A DNA stretch of 64,000 bases from a bacterium. GTDB lineage: Bacteria > Zhuqueibacterota > Zhuqueibacteria > Residuimicrobiales > Krinioviventaceae. Made by a program: the position numbers and the translations under genes. Position 1 is the stretch's first letter; each line of letters starts with the position of its first letter. The notes under the pieces are model-generated. The model was not told the origin of the DNA. It saw only the letters and a list, made by a program, of their open reading frames with translations, and ran no database searches. Of this stretch, positions 46,376 to 55,908 are shown piece after piece. The stretch lies in assembly GCA_963675755.2 (NCBI GenBank), contig CAXXMD010000002.1:1120001-1184000 (forward strand), read 5' to 3'.

Positions 46376-47773
46376 ATGTTGAAAAACACAATTTTAATTG
46401 GATTGTGTATTTCCGTATGTGTATTCATGTTTTCTTGTACAACTCAAGAGGATACAGCTATGAAATTTACAGGCGCCAAGGGTGAAGTTACAATTATGAC
46501 TTTGGATCCGGGTCACTTTCATGCCGCATTGGTTCAGAAAACCATGATCGACCAGATCTCACCGGACGTTTATATATATGCACCAGATGGTCCGGATGTT
46601 GAAGACCATATCAAACGTATGGAAGGTTTTAACAATCGTGCAGAGAATCCCACAAGCTGGAAATTGCATGTATATAAAGGTGATGATTTTCTGGAAAAAA
46701 TGATTGCCGAAAAACCCGGTAATGTAATGATGACCGCCGGTAACAACAAGAAAAAAACCGAGTATATCAAAGCAACTGTTGACGCAGGTATCAATGTACT
46801 GGCAGATAAACCCATGTGTATTGATAAAAAAGGTTTCGAGTTGTTAAAAGAAGCTTTTGCTTCTGCTGAAGCAAATAATGTTCTGCTTTATGATGTAATG
46901 ACTGAACGTCATGAAATTACAACCATATTGCAGCGCGAACTTTCTCTGATCCCTGAAGTATTTGGTGAATTGGAAAAAGGTACCCCTGACAATCCTTCTG
47001 TAACAAAAGAAAGTGTTCACCACTTTTTCAAATATGTTTCCGGCAATCCCATCAAACGTCCGGTTTGGTATTTTGATACAACCCAACAAGGCGAAGGTAT
47101 TGTGGATGTAAACACTCACCTGGTAGATTTGATTCAATGGGAATGTTTCCCGGAACAAATCATCAACTATGAAACTGATATTGAAATGCTGCAGGCAAAC
47201 CGCTGGCCAACCATGATCAGCAAAGCCCAGTTTGAAAAAGTTACCCGTGAACCTGAATTTCCTGATTTTCTGAAAAAGAATATCAATAAAAAAGGCGAAC
47301 TGGAAGTTTATGGTAACGGTGACATGATTTACAAAATCAATGGCATTCACGCCAAAGTATCTGTTATCTGGAACTATCAGGCACCTGAAGGCGCTGGCGA
47401 CACTCACTACTCTATTATGCGCGGAACTAAAGCCAATGTTATTATTAAACAAGGTGTGGATGAAAAATACAAACCAGAATTGTATGTTGAACACCCACAA
47501 GGCAAAAGCACCAAAGAACTTGATGATGCTATGATGACTGCCATTCATAATCTTCAGGATAAATATCCTGGTATTGATCTTGAAAAACAGAAAAAACGCT
47601 GGCACGTTATCATTCCGGACAAGTACCGTGTAGGTCACGAAGCACATTTTGGTCAGGTTACCCAGAAATATCTACAGTACCTGGTTGACGGTAAACTCCC
47701 CGATTGGGAAGTTCCAAACATGATCTCCAAGTACTATACCACTACTACTGCTTTGGAGATGGCGTCTAAATAA
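46376..47773 (+). CDS. Gfo/Idh/MocA-like oxidoreductase lipoprotein (putative oxidoreductase C-terminal domain)
   Basis: Lipobox FSC; LDPGHFHAALVQK, ADKPM, MTERHE, SVHHFFK, DV.THLVDL, GHEAHF. Confidence 0.8.
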   Translation: MLKNTILIGLCISVCVFMFSCTTQEDTAMKFTGAKGEVTIMTLDPGHFHAALVQKTMIDQISPDVYIYAPDGPDVEDHIKRMEGFNNRAENPTSWKLHVYKGDDFLEKMIAEKPGNVMMTAGNNKKKTEYIKATVDAGINVLADKPMCIDKKGFELLKEAFASAEANNVLLYDVMTERHEITTILQRELSLIPEVFGELEKGTPDNPSVTKESVHHFFKYVSGNPIKRPVWYFDTTQQGEGIVDVNTHLVDLIQWECFPEQIINYETDIEMLQANRWPTMISKAQFEKVTREPEFPDFLKKNINKKGELEVYGNGDMIYKINGIHAKVSVIWNYQAPEGAGDTHYSIMRGTKANVIIKQGVDEKYKPELYVEHPQGKSTKELDDAMMTAIHNLQDKYPGIDLEKQKKRWHVIIPDKYRVGHEAHFGQVTQKYLQYLVDGKLPDWEVPNMISKYYTTTTALEMASK

Positions 47774-47801
47774 GAACAAACAAGCATTTGTTTTTATATA
47801 C

Positions 47802-47834
47802 AGCCCCTCACATTTATTTGTGCGGGGCTTTTTT
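47802..47834 (+). terminator. Intrinsic terminator
   Basis: agcccctcaca...tgtgcggggct followed by tttttt. Confidence 0.8.
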
Positions 47835-47840
47835 AATACC

Positions 47841-48040
47841 CTAATTAACCTTGATTACCCCTGATTAAAAAGATTAACATGATTTTCTTAATATAGCCAT
47901 GTCCTGAGTGCCTGCAACCTGTGGATGTATCTACGATCCATTATTGCCTAAATTTTTATCCCAAGTATGCATAGGATAACAGGATTTGAATGGCGAGGTT
48001 AAATTAATTCTGATAATTATTTAATCCTTTAATCGATGTA
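47841..48040. repeat. Intergenic cluster of short GATT-periodic and REP-like repeats
   Basis: ccttgatt/cctgattaaaaagattaacatgatt; gtcctgagtg...gtatc; aggataacaggatt...aatcct. Confidence 0.55.
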
Positions 48041-48155
48041 CTTTACAGAAAAAAATAATTAGGAATACTCGTATTTAAATATATTTTAGTATACACAAAT
48101 AAACTAAATTGCTGTATCAATTTCAAATATCCTATTTCGGTAAAGGAGGCAGTAA

Positions 48156-49805
48156 ATGAAGCGGTTGTTTTTATTGTTGTTTATCATGCTGGGAATTAAC
48201 ATGGTAGTAGCCTCTGACAGCATAGAGTTGGCAAAACAAAACGGCAAACAAGCTCAGGAAGCATTAATCCGTAGCAATCGGGTACTTGAAGCATATATGA
48301 AACGTCTCGATCCGGTTACCGGGCTGCTGCCTCGCAAAGGTACAAACAATACCTGGTATATAAAAGATTCAGCAGCCGATCTATACCCTTTTCTGGTCAT
48401 GGCCGCCTATTATACTGACCGTGATATTTTTAACCAACAAATGTTTGAAATCCTTCGTAATGAGATCAAGCATTCCACACGCGTGGGTATGCTTTCCGAT
48501 AATGTGCTGGCTGGCGGTGGTTTTGAACATGCCGAAATTGACATGGACCGTATTATTTTTGGTTCATGCGAATATGTCAAAGACGGGCTCATCCCCCTTA
48601 CTGAACTGCTAGGACATCATGCCTGGTTCATACGAATGACAGGCATTGTAGATGATATGATTGCCAATGCAGCATATGATACACCTTATGGCAAACTGCC
48701 ATCCATGAGTGATGAAGTAAATGGAGAATTTTTGCAAGCCCTCTCCCGCCTTGCATATCTTACCCATGATCCACGCTATATCAATCAGGCCATTGCAATT
48801 GGGGATTTTTATTTTAATGTGGTCATCCCCGGGTCTCACGGATTACCTACTCATATGTGGGATTTGAAAAATAATAAACCGGAAACAAACTTTTTTAATT
48901 TTGCCGATCATGGAAACGAGATCGTTGGCGGCTTGTCAGAACTTGTATTATTTTTAAAAGAAACCGGGCACCCTAAATTCAATGAATATAAACAACCCAT
49001 GATCAATCTGATTGACCAACTGCTTGAAAGCGGCTTGAATACTGATGGCGTGTGGTATTCCAAAATCAATCCCGAAACCAATGAGATCATTGACAAACGC
49101 CACGCACACTGTTGGGGGTATCTGTTTAATGCGGTTTATACAACATATCTGATTTCAGGAGAGAAACGTTTTCTGGATGCTACCGAACATGCATTGCAGG
49201 CTGTAACGGACAAACCTACCTACCTTGACGATCCTGATGGAAGCGGACGTAATTACGGCTCTAACGCCTATTCCGATGCAATTGAAAGCGCTATCGTTTT
49301 TCTGAATCGTATGCCGGACGAACATAAATTCACAGTATTGGATGAATGTGTGGACCGGTTTCTGAAACGCCAGCGAAAAGATGGTATTATTGAAGACTGG
49401 TATGGAGATGGAAACTATGTCCGTACCTCACTCATGTATGTATTTATGAAATCACAGGGCACATGGATTGAACCATGGGATAAAAACGTTAGCCTGGGAG
49501 CAGTAGAGCAAAATAAAAATTTACTGATAACTCTGGAAAGTAAAGGTCCCTGGCAGGGCATTCTCCGTTTTGACAAGCCGAGACACAAACTGCATTTCAA
49601 TCTGTCAGTCAATTATACACGCCTGAATGAATTTCCCGAATGGTTTACTGTGGAACAGGACAAGCTTTATTCACTTGACATCAACGGTAAAAAAGAGTTA
49701 TATACCGGAGGAGAGCTCGTACGCGGTATTCCTGTAGAGTTAAGAACGGATGAAAGCCTGGTGATTCAGGTCTCTGCCTTGCCTGGCCCGCCGTATGGAC
49801 CTTGA
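48156..49805 (+). CDS. Exported hypothetical protein, probable (alpha/alpha) barrel glycosidase-like
   Basis: Signal peptide. Helical pattern with acidic/aromatic motifs (DSAADLYPF, EVNGEFL, DHGNEIVGGL, YSDAIES, DGNYVRT). Confidence 0.6.
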   Translation: MKRLFLLLFIMLGINMVVASDSIELAKQNGKQAQEALIRSNRVLEAYMKRLDPVTGLLPRKGTNNTWYIKDSAADLYPFLVMAAYYTDRDIFNQQMFEILRNEIKHSTRVGMLSDNVLAGGGFEHAEIDMDRIIFGSCEYVKDGLIPLTELLGHHAWFIRMTGIVDDMIANAAYDTPYGKLPSMSDEVNGEFLQALSRLAYLTHDPRYINQAIAIGDFYFNVVIPGSHGLPTHMWDLKNNKPETNFFNFADHGNEIVGGLSELVLFLKETGHPKFNEYKQPMINLIDQLLESGLNTDGVWYSKINPETNEIIDKRHAHCWGYLFNAVYTTYLISGEKRFLDATEHALQAVTDKPTYLDDPDGSGRNYGSNAYSDAIESAIVFLNRMPDEHKFTVLDECVDRFLKRQRKDGIIEDWYGDGNYVRTSLMYVFMKSQGTWIEPWDKNVSLGAVEQNKNLLITLESKGPWQGILRFDKPRHKLHFNLSVNYTRLNEFPEWFTVEQDKLYSLDINGKKELYTGGELVRGIPVELRTDESLVIQVSALPGPPYGP

Positions 49806-50232
49806 TTGACCTTGATTAAAGACCTTGATTTAAGGATTATCCTGATTGACCTTGATTGGAACGATTCCGGGCCCTGAGTGTCCGCCGCAGGCGGATATAT
49901 CGAAGGGCCGGTAATCGTCTTTTTACGTTACCAAACAGGAGTTTGGTAACGAGTATGTTTCGATTTGCAGTTTTATCAGAATGAAAGAATGTTATTATTG
50001 ATCGTCCGGCACTTGAGTGCTGGGCGGGATATTAAATCGGGACATTTGTCCCATCATACATGATGCAGGACTCAAGTCCTGCTTTTATATTCCACCGGGC
50101 ACAAATGTACCCGGCGATCAAAGGGCTGGTAATTGTCTGCATTAAGATTCTTAGGATTAAAGGATTTTAAAATTAAAAATAATATATATAATCCTATTAA
50201 TCCTTAAATCCGATTCATCCTAATTCAGACAA
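49798..50232. repeat. Mosaic of REP-like palindromes between convergent genes
   Basis: gaccttgatt x4; hairpins at 49861-49918, 49926-49951, 50039-50052, 50065-50082 and 50095-50114; aggatt...aatcct inverted arrays at 50150-50232. Confidence 0.75.
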
Positions 50233-50233
50233 T

Positions 50234-52195
50234 CTACTCCCCGTTCAACGTTGCCAGTAATTCTTCAATCTCCAACTGCGTAGTCTCCCATTGATCCATG
50301 TTCTGCTGAAGACTGTTTTTCGCATCCGCATATTCTTTTTGCAGCTGCGCTGCTTTGGGACCATCTTTATAGGTCTCGGGATCAGCAAGCAACGTCTCAA
50401 TTTCTCCAATGCGTTGTTCAAGGGCTTCTATCTGACCTTCTGCTTCATCAACTATTTTTTGCAGTTGATTTCGTTTTTTACTAATAGCCTGCCGTGCTTC
50501 CGCTTCCCTGCGTTTATCTTCTTTGGATTTCTTGACAGCACTGGTTTTAGATGTTGAATCAACAGAGCTTGCAGATTTGGAATCAATGGTTTTGGCTTCA
50601 TCCTGCTGGCGTTTGTGCAGATAATCAGAATAATTGCCCTCATATACCCGAAGATGTTTTTCCTTGATCTCGATAACACGAGTCACGAGTTTATCCAGGA
50701 AATACCGGTCATGTGAGATGAGAATAACCGTACCGTCATAATATTTCAACGCATGTTCGAGCGCTTCTTTCGATGCCATATCCAGATGGTTGGTAGGTTC
50801 ATCCATGATCAAAAAGTTTACTGGCGACATTAATATCTTGGCAAGAGATACACGAGCCTTTTCTCCACCGGATAAAACGCCAACCTTTTTAAACACATCG
50901 TCACCGGTAAACTGAAAAACACCAAGAACATCTCTAACTTGCGGTAACAGACTGTCAGCAACAGAAGAACAAACCTCATCATAGACCGTTGCATTTAAAT
51001 CCAATGTATCTACCTGGTGCTGGGCATAATAACCAATATCTGTTTTCTGCCCCACCGTTATTTTGCCCTTCTGCTGTTCAAGCTGCCCGACTACCAGACG
51101 CGTAAGAGTTGTTTTTCCGGCACCATTAACACCTACCAATGCCAATTTTTCACCACGGTACAGGTCCATATCTACATTTTCAAGTACCCAATCCTTGTCG
51201 TATTTGAATGACATATTTTTAACATGCAGTACTTCTTTATAACTTTGTTGATGCACAGATAGTTTAAAATTTAACCGTCTTGGCGGTGGAGGCAGTTCAA
51301 CATCCTCCAACTTTTCGACCTGCTTTACCCTGCTCTGTACTTGTTTGGCTTTACTGGCTTTATAGCGGAATCGATTTATAAACTCTTCCTGTTGTTGACG
51401 TTTCGCTTTAACTTCTTCCTGACGTTTCATCAACAGTTCAAGATTTTCTTCTTTTTTGCGCTCATAATCGTGATAATTACCGGGATAGTGCGTCAACCTG
51501 CCCCTATCAAGCTCATATATTTCATTACACAAGCGTTCTATAAAATAGCGGTCATGAGATACAATGACCATACTGCCGCTGAAACTTAGCAGGTATTGTT
51601 CAAGCCATTCGAGTGAAGGTAGATCCAGATGGTTGGTAGGTTCATCGAGAAGCAGCAGATCCGGTTTCTGGACAAGCAAACGCGCCAGATAAACACGCAT
51701 TCGCCATCCACCACTGAAATCAGAAATAGGACGGTGAAAATCAGAAACAGCAAAACCCAAACCGGACAAAATCGCTTTAATACTGCTTTCCAGTTTGTAT
51801 CCATCAAGTACTTCATAACGGCTTTCCAGGGTACCCAACTTGTTCAGCAAGGCATCGTGGTCGCCTTCTCCATTCTCAAGTTGATGACGGATTTTGTAAA
51901 TCTGTTCTTCCAGATCCAGTAATTCTCCCTGGCCTTCTAACGCAACTTCTAAAATACTGCCACGCTCAATACTGATCTCTTCCTGAGGTAAAAATCCAAT
52001 AACATAATCTTTGGGTTTTATGATCTCAATAGAATCAGGTTGCAGGTCACCATTAACAACACGCAACAAGGTGGTTTTGCCTGCACCATTGGGGCCAATT
52101 AACGCGGAACGTCTACCGGGAGTAATGGTCCAGTTTACATTGTTAAATAAATATCTTTCACCAATAGAATAATTTAATCGGGATATTTGCAGCAT
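50234..52195 (-). CDS. ABC-F family ATPase (Uup/YheS-like, with C-terminal coiled coil)
   Basis: Two ABC domains (GPNGAGKT, FSGGWRMR, DEPTNHLD; GVNGAGKT, LSGGEK); no TM segments. Confidence 0.93.
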   Translation of the reverse strand: MLQISRLNYSIGERYLFNNVNWTITPGRRSALIGPNGAGKTTLLRVVNGDLQPDSIEIIKPKDYVIGFLPQEEISIERGSILEVALEGQGELLDLEEQIYKIRHQLENGEGDHDALLNKLGTLESRYEVLDGYKLESSIKAILSGLGFAVSDFHRPISDFSGGWRMRVYLARLLVQKPDLLLLDEPTNHLDLPSLEWLEQYLLSFSGSMVIVSHDRYFIERLCNEIYELDRGRLTHYPGNYHDYERKKEENLELLMKRQEEVKAKRQQQEEFINRFRYKASKAKQVQSRVKQVEKLEDVELPPPPRRLNFKLSVHQQSYKEVLHVKNMSFKYDKDWVLENVDMDLYRGEKLALVGVNGAGKTTLTRLVVGQLEQQKGKITVGQKTDIGYYAQHQVDTLDLNATVYDEVCSSVADSLLPQVRDVLGVFQFTGDDVFKKVGVLSGGEKARVSLAKILMSPVNFLIMDEPTNHLDMASKEALEHALKYYDGTVILISHDRYFLDKLVTRVIEIKEKHLRVYEGNYSDYLHKRQQDEAKTIDSKSASSVDSTSKTSAVKKSKEDKRREAEARQAISKKRNQLQKIVDEAEGQIEALEQRIGEIETLLADPETYKDGPKAAQLQKEYADAKNSLQQNMDQWETTQLEIEELLATLNGE

Positions 52196-52267
52196 AGTCC
52201 ATTCAATGTTTGTTCATTCAAAGACATGAATTTACTAAAGAATAGACAAAAATCCCAATGGAAAAAT

Positions 52268-52406
52268 AACCATGATTAATACCATGATTAATACCATGAT
52301 TAAAAAGATTTATATGATTAAAAGATCATAAAGTATTGCACAAGCGGTATTATTATGCTTTTTTAATTCTTTGCGTACCCTGCGATATCTTGGCGTCCTT
52401 TGCGAT
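52268..52406. repeat. Short tandem and periodic repeats
   Basis: accatgattaa at 52269, 52281 and 52293 (12-bp period), then aaaagatt; (c/t)ttgcg-like ~9-nt periodic array at 52369-52406. Confidence 0.65.
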
Positions 52407-52431
52407 TTGTATTTCTTTTTTAAAGCATTAA

Positions 52432-53847
52432 TCAATACTCACTAAAATACAATCCCACTTCCGAGATCAATGGACATGCGCGTGCATCATCAATCGTTAA
52501 TTTTACATATCGGGTTGTGATCGTATCTATCCGGTCCAGTTTTTTGTTACCGATGGTTGTCCCCTTACTCACTTTTACCCATTTATTGCCGGATTTTACT
52601 TCCACAGTATATGCCTTTACCCGCTGACCCATCATAATGGGTTCGCGAATTTCGACAACATTAAAGGTCTTTTCTTTTCCCAAATCCAGTTCAAGAGATG
52701 CCGAAAGGGTATTATTGTCTGTGGTCCAATAGGTATTATTATCTTTATCCAGTACATTAGCAGCTTTGAACTGTTCCGCTTTCCCCCTCACCTCACTGGC
52801 AGTTACCGATGCACCATCAATTAGGTTTTCATCAAAGATGGAATCCAGTGCTTTTCTAAATTCGTATAACCGTTTTACATCCGCTTCTTCAAACAAGCCT
52901 TTGTCATTTGGTGGTATATTCAACAACAGTACGCAGTTCCTGCCAACAGATTTGAAATAGATATCCAATAAATGTTCAAGCGATTTGGGCTGTTGTTCTT
53001 TATGCCAGAACCACCCCTTTCGGATGGAGACATCGCACTCTCCAGCAACCCAATCGGGACCGTCAATGTCCCCACTGTTTAAATATTTGGTATCGGCTTT
53101 ACCGATTTTAACACGGGATTTGTCGATCATGGACCAGCATGTTTCACCGGCAAAACCATGTTCATTGCCAATCCAACGAACATCGGGCCCGGAATCGGAA
53201 AACATGCAAACTCCCGGCTGCATTTGTCGAACCAGGGACCAGAACATATTAAAATCATAAACCTGTACTTTACCATTGGGTCCTTCTCCGCAGGCGCCGT
53301 CAAACCACATCTCGGTCAAGGTACCGTAATTAATCATGAGCTCCCGCAGTTGCCCGGTATAATATTGATTATATGCTTCTCCCTGTCCATAAGTCGCCTC
53401 GTGTCGGTCCCAGGGTGAAAGATAAATTCCCATGCTGATTCCAAATTTTTCACAGGCATTTGAAAGCTCTCTAACTATATCGCCCTTGCCGTCTTTCCAG
53501 GGACTGCTCTTCACGCTGTGATCGGTATAAGCACTGGGCCAGAGGCAGAATCCATCGTGATGTTTGGCTGTAAGGATGACAGTTTTAAATCCGCATTCCT
53601 GAGCAGTTTTAGCCCATTGTTCAGCATCCAGATCGACAGGATTAAAGATTGCAGGTTCTTCGGAGCCATCTCCCCACTCTTTATCTGTAAATGTATTTAC
53701 AGTAAAATGCACAAACATGATCAGTTCCTGCTGCTGCCATGAAAGCTGTCTGGCAGTAGGAATGGGTAGTATGGGTGTGGGTGGTGTGGTTTGCGCGAAC
53801 AAGTTAAAGGAAATAAAAAACAGGGTAAATAATTTTAAAATTTTCAT
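52432..53847 (-). CDS. Alpha-L-fucosidase GH29 with C-terminal F5/8 (CBM32-like) domain
   Basis: MFVHF..NTF, TAKHHDGFCLW, YLSPWD, WFDGA, RWIGNE.G, ECDVSIR, SVGRN. Start ATG 53847 after GGAG. Confidence 0.92.
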   Translation of the reverse strand: MKILKLFTLFFISFNLFAQTTPPTPILPIPTARQLSWQQQELIMFVHFTVNTFTDKEWGDGSEEPAIFNPVDLDAEQWAKTAQECGFKTVILTAKHHDGFCLWPSAYTDHSVKSSPWKDGKGDIVRELSNACEKFGISMGIYLSPWDRHEATYGQGEAYNQYYTGQLRELMINYGTLTEMWFDGACGEGPNGKVQVYDFNMFWSLVRQMQPGVCMFSDSGPDVRWIGNEHGFAGETCWSMIDKSRVKIGKADTKYLNSGDIDGPDWVAGECDVSIRKGWFWHKEQQPKSLEHLLDIYFKSVGRNCVLLLNIPPNDKGLFEEADVKRLYEFRKALDSIFDENLIDGASVTASEVRGKAEQFKAANVLDKDNNTYWTTDNNTLSASLELDLGKEKTFNVVEIREPIMMGQRVKAYTVEVKSGNKWVKVSKGTTIGNKKLDRIDTITTRYVKLTIDDARACPLISEVGLYFSEY

Positions 53848-53867
53848 AATAACTCCGGGAATGGGTC

Positions 53868-54140
53868 TAACCACAAAGCCTCAAAGGACAAAAAGATTTT
53901 TAATATACAAATAATACAGATAAAAGAAAATTAATTGGTGTCTTGATCCAATATTTTAAAAATATTATGGAATTGAACATATCATACTAATACTAATCCT
54001 TGAGGATCCGTGAAAATCTGTGGCTTGAATTGTTTGTCCACGAATCAACACTGATCCACACAGAATCTCTTTGCGTACTTAATCTTTGTTGTTCCCAATA
54101 AAAGGATTAAACAACGAAGGATACGAAACTCACGAAGGAA
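53868..54140. repeat. Intergenic mosaic of short periodic repeats
   Basis: aaccacaaag..., atccgtgaaaatctgtggc, ccacgaatc..ccacacaga, ctttgcg..ctttgttgtt, acgaagg..acgaaa..acgaagg. Confidence 0.5.
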
Positions 54141-54144
54141 AACA

Positions 54145-55026
54145 TTAATAAGAATCCGGTTTGTAACTATTATCAAGATAATAAAACTTGTTTTCATCAA
54201 AAGAATATGAAATTACGGGCTTTTTACCATAAAACAATTCAGCTTTATTATTAAAAGTTTTAAATTTCAACAATTGGTTATCAATACCGAACATATTGGC
54301 TTGAGCTTTTTCAATTTCACATTGATTAAAAATTTCAAAATCTTTATAAATATAAATGTGGTTTTCACTTTGGATTACAAACCGATCTTTGATTTTTACA
54401 GGTAATATTTCCCCTACCTTGATTTCAAGCGGTACATTATTAATACTATAAAAAAAGTTATCATTACAGAATAAAAGCGAGAGTTCATCAAGTGTAAACA
54501 ATTTCACTTTTGCTTGTTGAAGAAAGAGTGTATCCGGTGTGAATTGATCTTTGATAATTAAATTTTGATAATACGACAACACTTTTTTCTTTATTTTCCA
54601 TTGATCATCTTTATTGTCAATCAATTTTAAATCTAAAACAATTGGTTCCCAATCAGGGCTGGTATAATATTCCAGAATTCTGGTTAATGTGTTTAGATCG
54701 GTGTGACCATGTAGTTTAATATAATATCCATTTTCATTCTGGCTAATCTCCAAGGGCCGATCTGTTGCAAAGACTTTACTCAAAATTTCAACATTTACTT
54801 TTTTATTTTCCAACTTTTTATAATTAACCAATTTAACAATATATTGATTAAAGATATCTGACACGCCTTTGTAATAATGATAATAATATCCATCCCATTG
54901 ATCATAATTATAAACAAGAACAAAATTTAAATTAGTATAATCTAAATTTTTAAATGTTTTTACTGTAGCATAAGTATTTGGACCAGCTGCTAACAAAATT
55001 AAAAGTAAAATGAATCGCTTATACAC
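54145..55026 (-). CDS. AT-rich hypothetical exported protein
   Basis: Long ORF. Likely GTG start at 55026 after GGGGAG, giving signal MYKRFILLLILLAAGPNTYA. No recognisable domain. Confidence 0.6.
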   Translation of the reverse strand: MYKRFILLLILLAAGPNTYATVKTFKNLDYTNLNFVLVYNYDQWDGYYYHYYKGVSDIFNQYIVKLVNYKKLENKKVNVEILSKVFATDRPLEISQNENGYYIKLHGHTDLNTLTRILEYYTSPDWEPIVLDLKLIDNKDDQWKIKKKVLSYYQNLIIKDQFTPDTLFLQQAKVKLFTLDELSLLFCNDNFFYSINNVPLEIKVGEILPVKIKDRFVIQSENHIYIYKDFEIFNQCEIEKAQANMFGIDNQLLKFKTFNNKAELFYGKKPVISYSFDENKFYYLDNSYKPDSY

Positions 55027-55061
55027 GCAATACTCCCCATTATTTTTAATTTGGTTCAAAG

Positions 55062-55091
55062 AAAAAAGCCCGTCCCAAAATTAGAACGGGC
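55062..55091 (-). terminator. Intrinsic terminator after the NIPSNAP gene
   Basis: gcccgt...acgggc stem followed by TTTTTT on the minus strand. Confidence 0.7.
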
Positions 55092-55104
55092 AAAAGAATA
55101 ATCA

Positions 55105-55896
55105 TTATATCTGCGAGCACCCCAGCGGACGCAAGATGATATCGGTAATGTTGGATACGGTATCTTTGTACTTTTCAACCTCACGCAGTTTTAGCCATTC
55201 GGGATGGATACGAAACTTGTCCCAACTGGCAAAACGCTCATCCATGTCATTAAACGCCAGCATATAAGTTAAATTCGGCATCATGGGGCCCACGATGGTT
55301 TGCCCAAACAAAACAGGATTCAAGTCGGAATCCTTGAAAATATCAATCTCACTTCCATTGTTAAACATGTCAACTTTGAGATTGCCGGCTTTAACACTGT
55401 GGCTTTCATAAATACGTATTTCATAAATGCGGCTCTTGTTTTTCAACATTGCAGTGGGCACATCAACTTTGGGCATGTGCGCAAAACATTGCAGTAAAGA
55501 GGATTCTCTGCGAACATACGCTATATTATCCAGCGTTGTGTTGAGGAAATCAGCACCAACTTTTAAATATTCCGCATCATCCAGTAGCTTTTGAGGAACC
55601 GTCAAGACAGATTCAATATTGGGATGCGGGATCATAATATACAAAGTCGGATCAGTAGGGCCAAAAAAGACATTGAAAGCACCCACATTTTTAATGCCGG
55701 CACGGTTCAATGCGGGTATAGCCGCATCACGATAAAATTCTTCAACGCGGTTCTTGCCAGAACCAACATTCAAGCGGTATTTGATCAATTCAACAATTTC
55801 CTGATTTCCTGTAGCGGCATTTGCATCACTGTGCATGCCTGCCATGGTGGCGGCACCGGCTGCAACAGAAGCTGATAAAAATTCTCTACGTTTCAT
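55105..55896 (-). CDS. Tat-exported tandem NIPSNAP-family protein
   Basis: MKRREFL twin-arginine signal; IYEIRIYES, PNLTYML, F..HPEW, ILRP..CSQI. Confidence 0.85.
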   Translation of the reverse strand: MKRREFLSASVAAGAATMAGMHSDANAATGNQEIVELIKYRLNVGSGKNRVEEFYRDAAIPALNRAGIKNVGAFNVFFGPTDPTLYIMIPHPNIESVLTVPQKLLDDAEYLKVGADFLNTTLDNIAYVRRESSLLQCFAHMPKVDVPTAMLKNKSRIYEIRIYESHSVKAGNLKVDMFNNGSEIDIFKDSDLNPVLFGQTIVGPMMPNLTYMLAFNDMDERFASWDKFRIHPEWLKLREVEKYKDTVSNITDIILRPLGCSQI

Positions 55897-55908
55897 ATTT
55901 CCCTTCCT

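Noticed and set aside
46844-47647. 267-aa antisense ORF
   Set aside because: It lies wholly opposite the oxidoreductase gene, has Phe/Ile-rich shadow composition and shows no motifs.
49798-52330. Short direct repeats as a CRISPR array
   Set aside because: Units are 9-12 bp with no unique ~30-40 bp spacers, and no cas genes are present.
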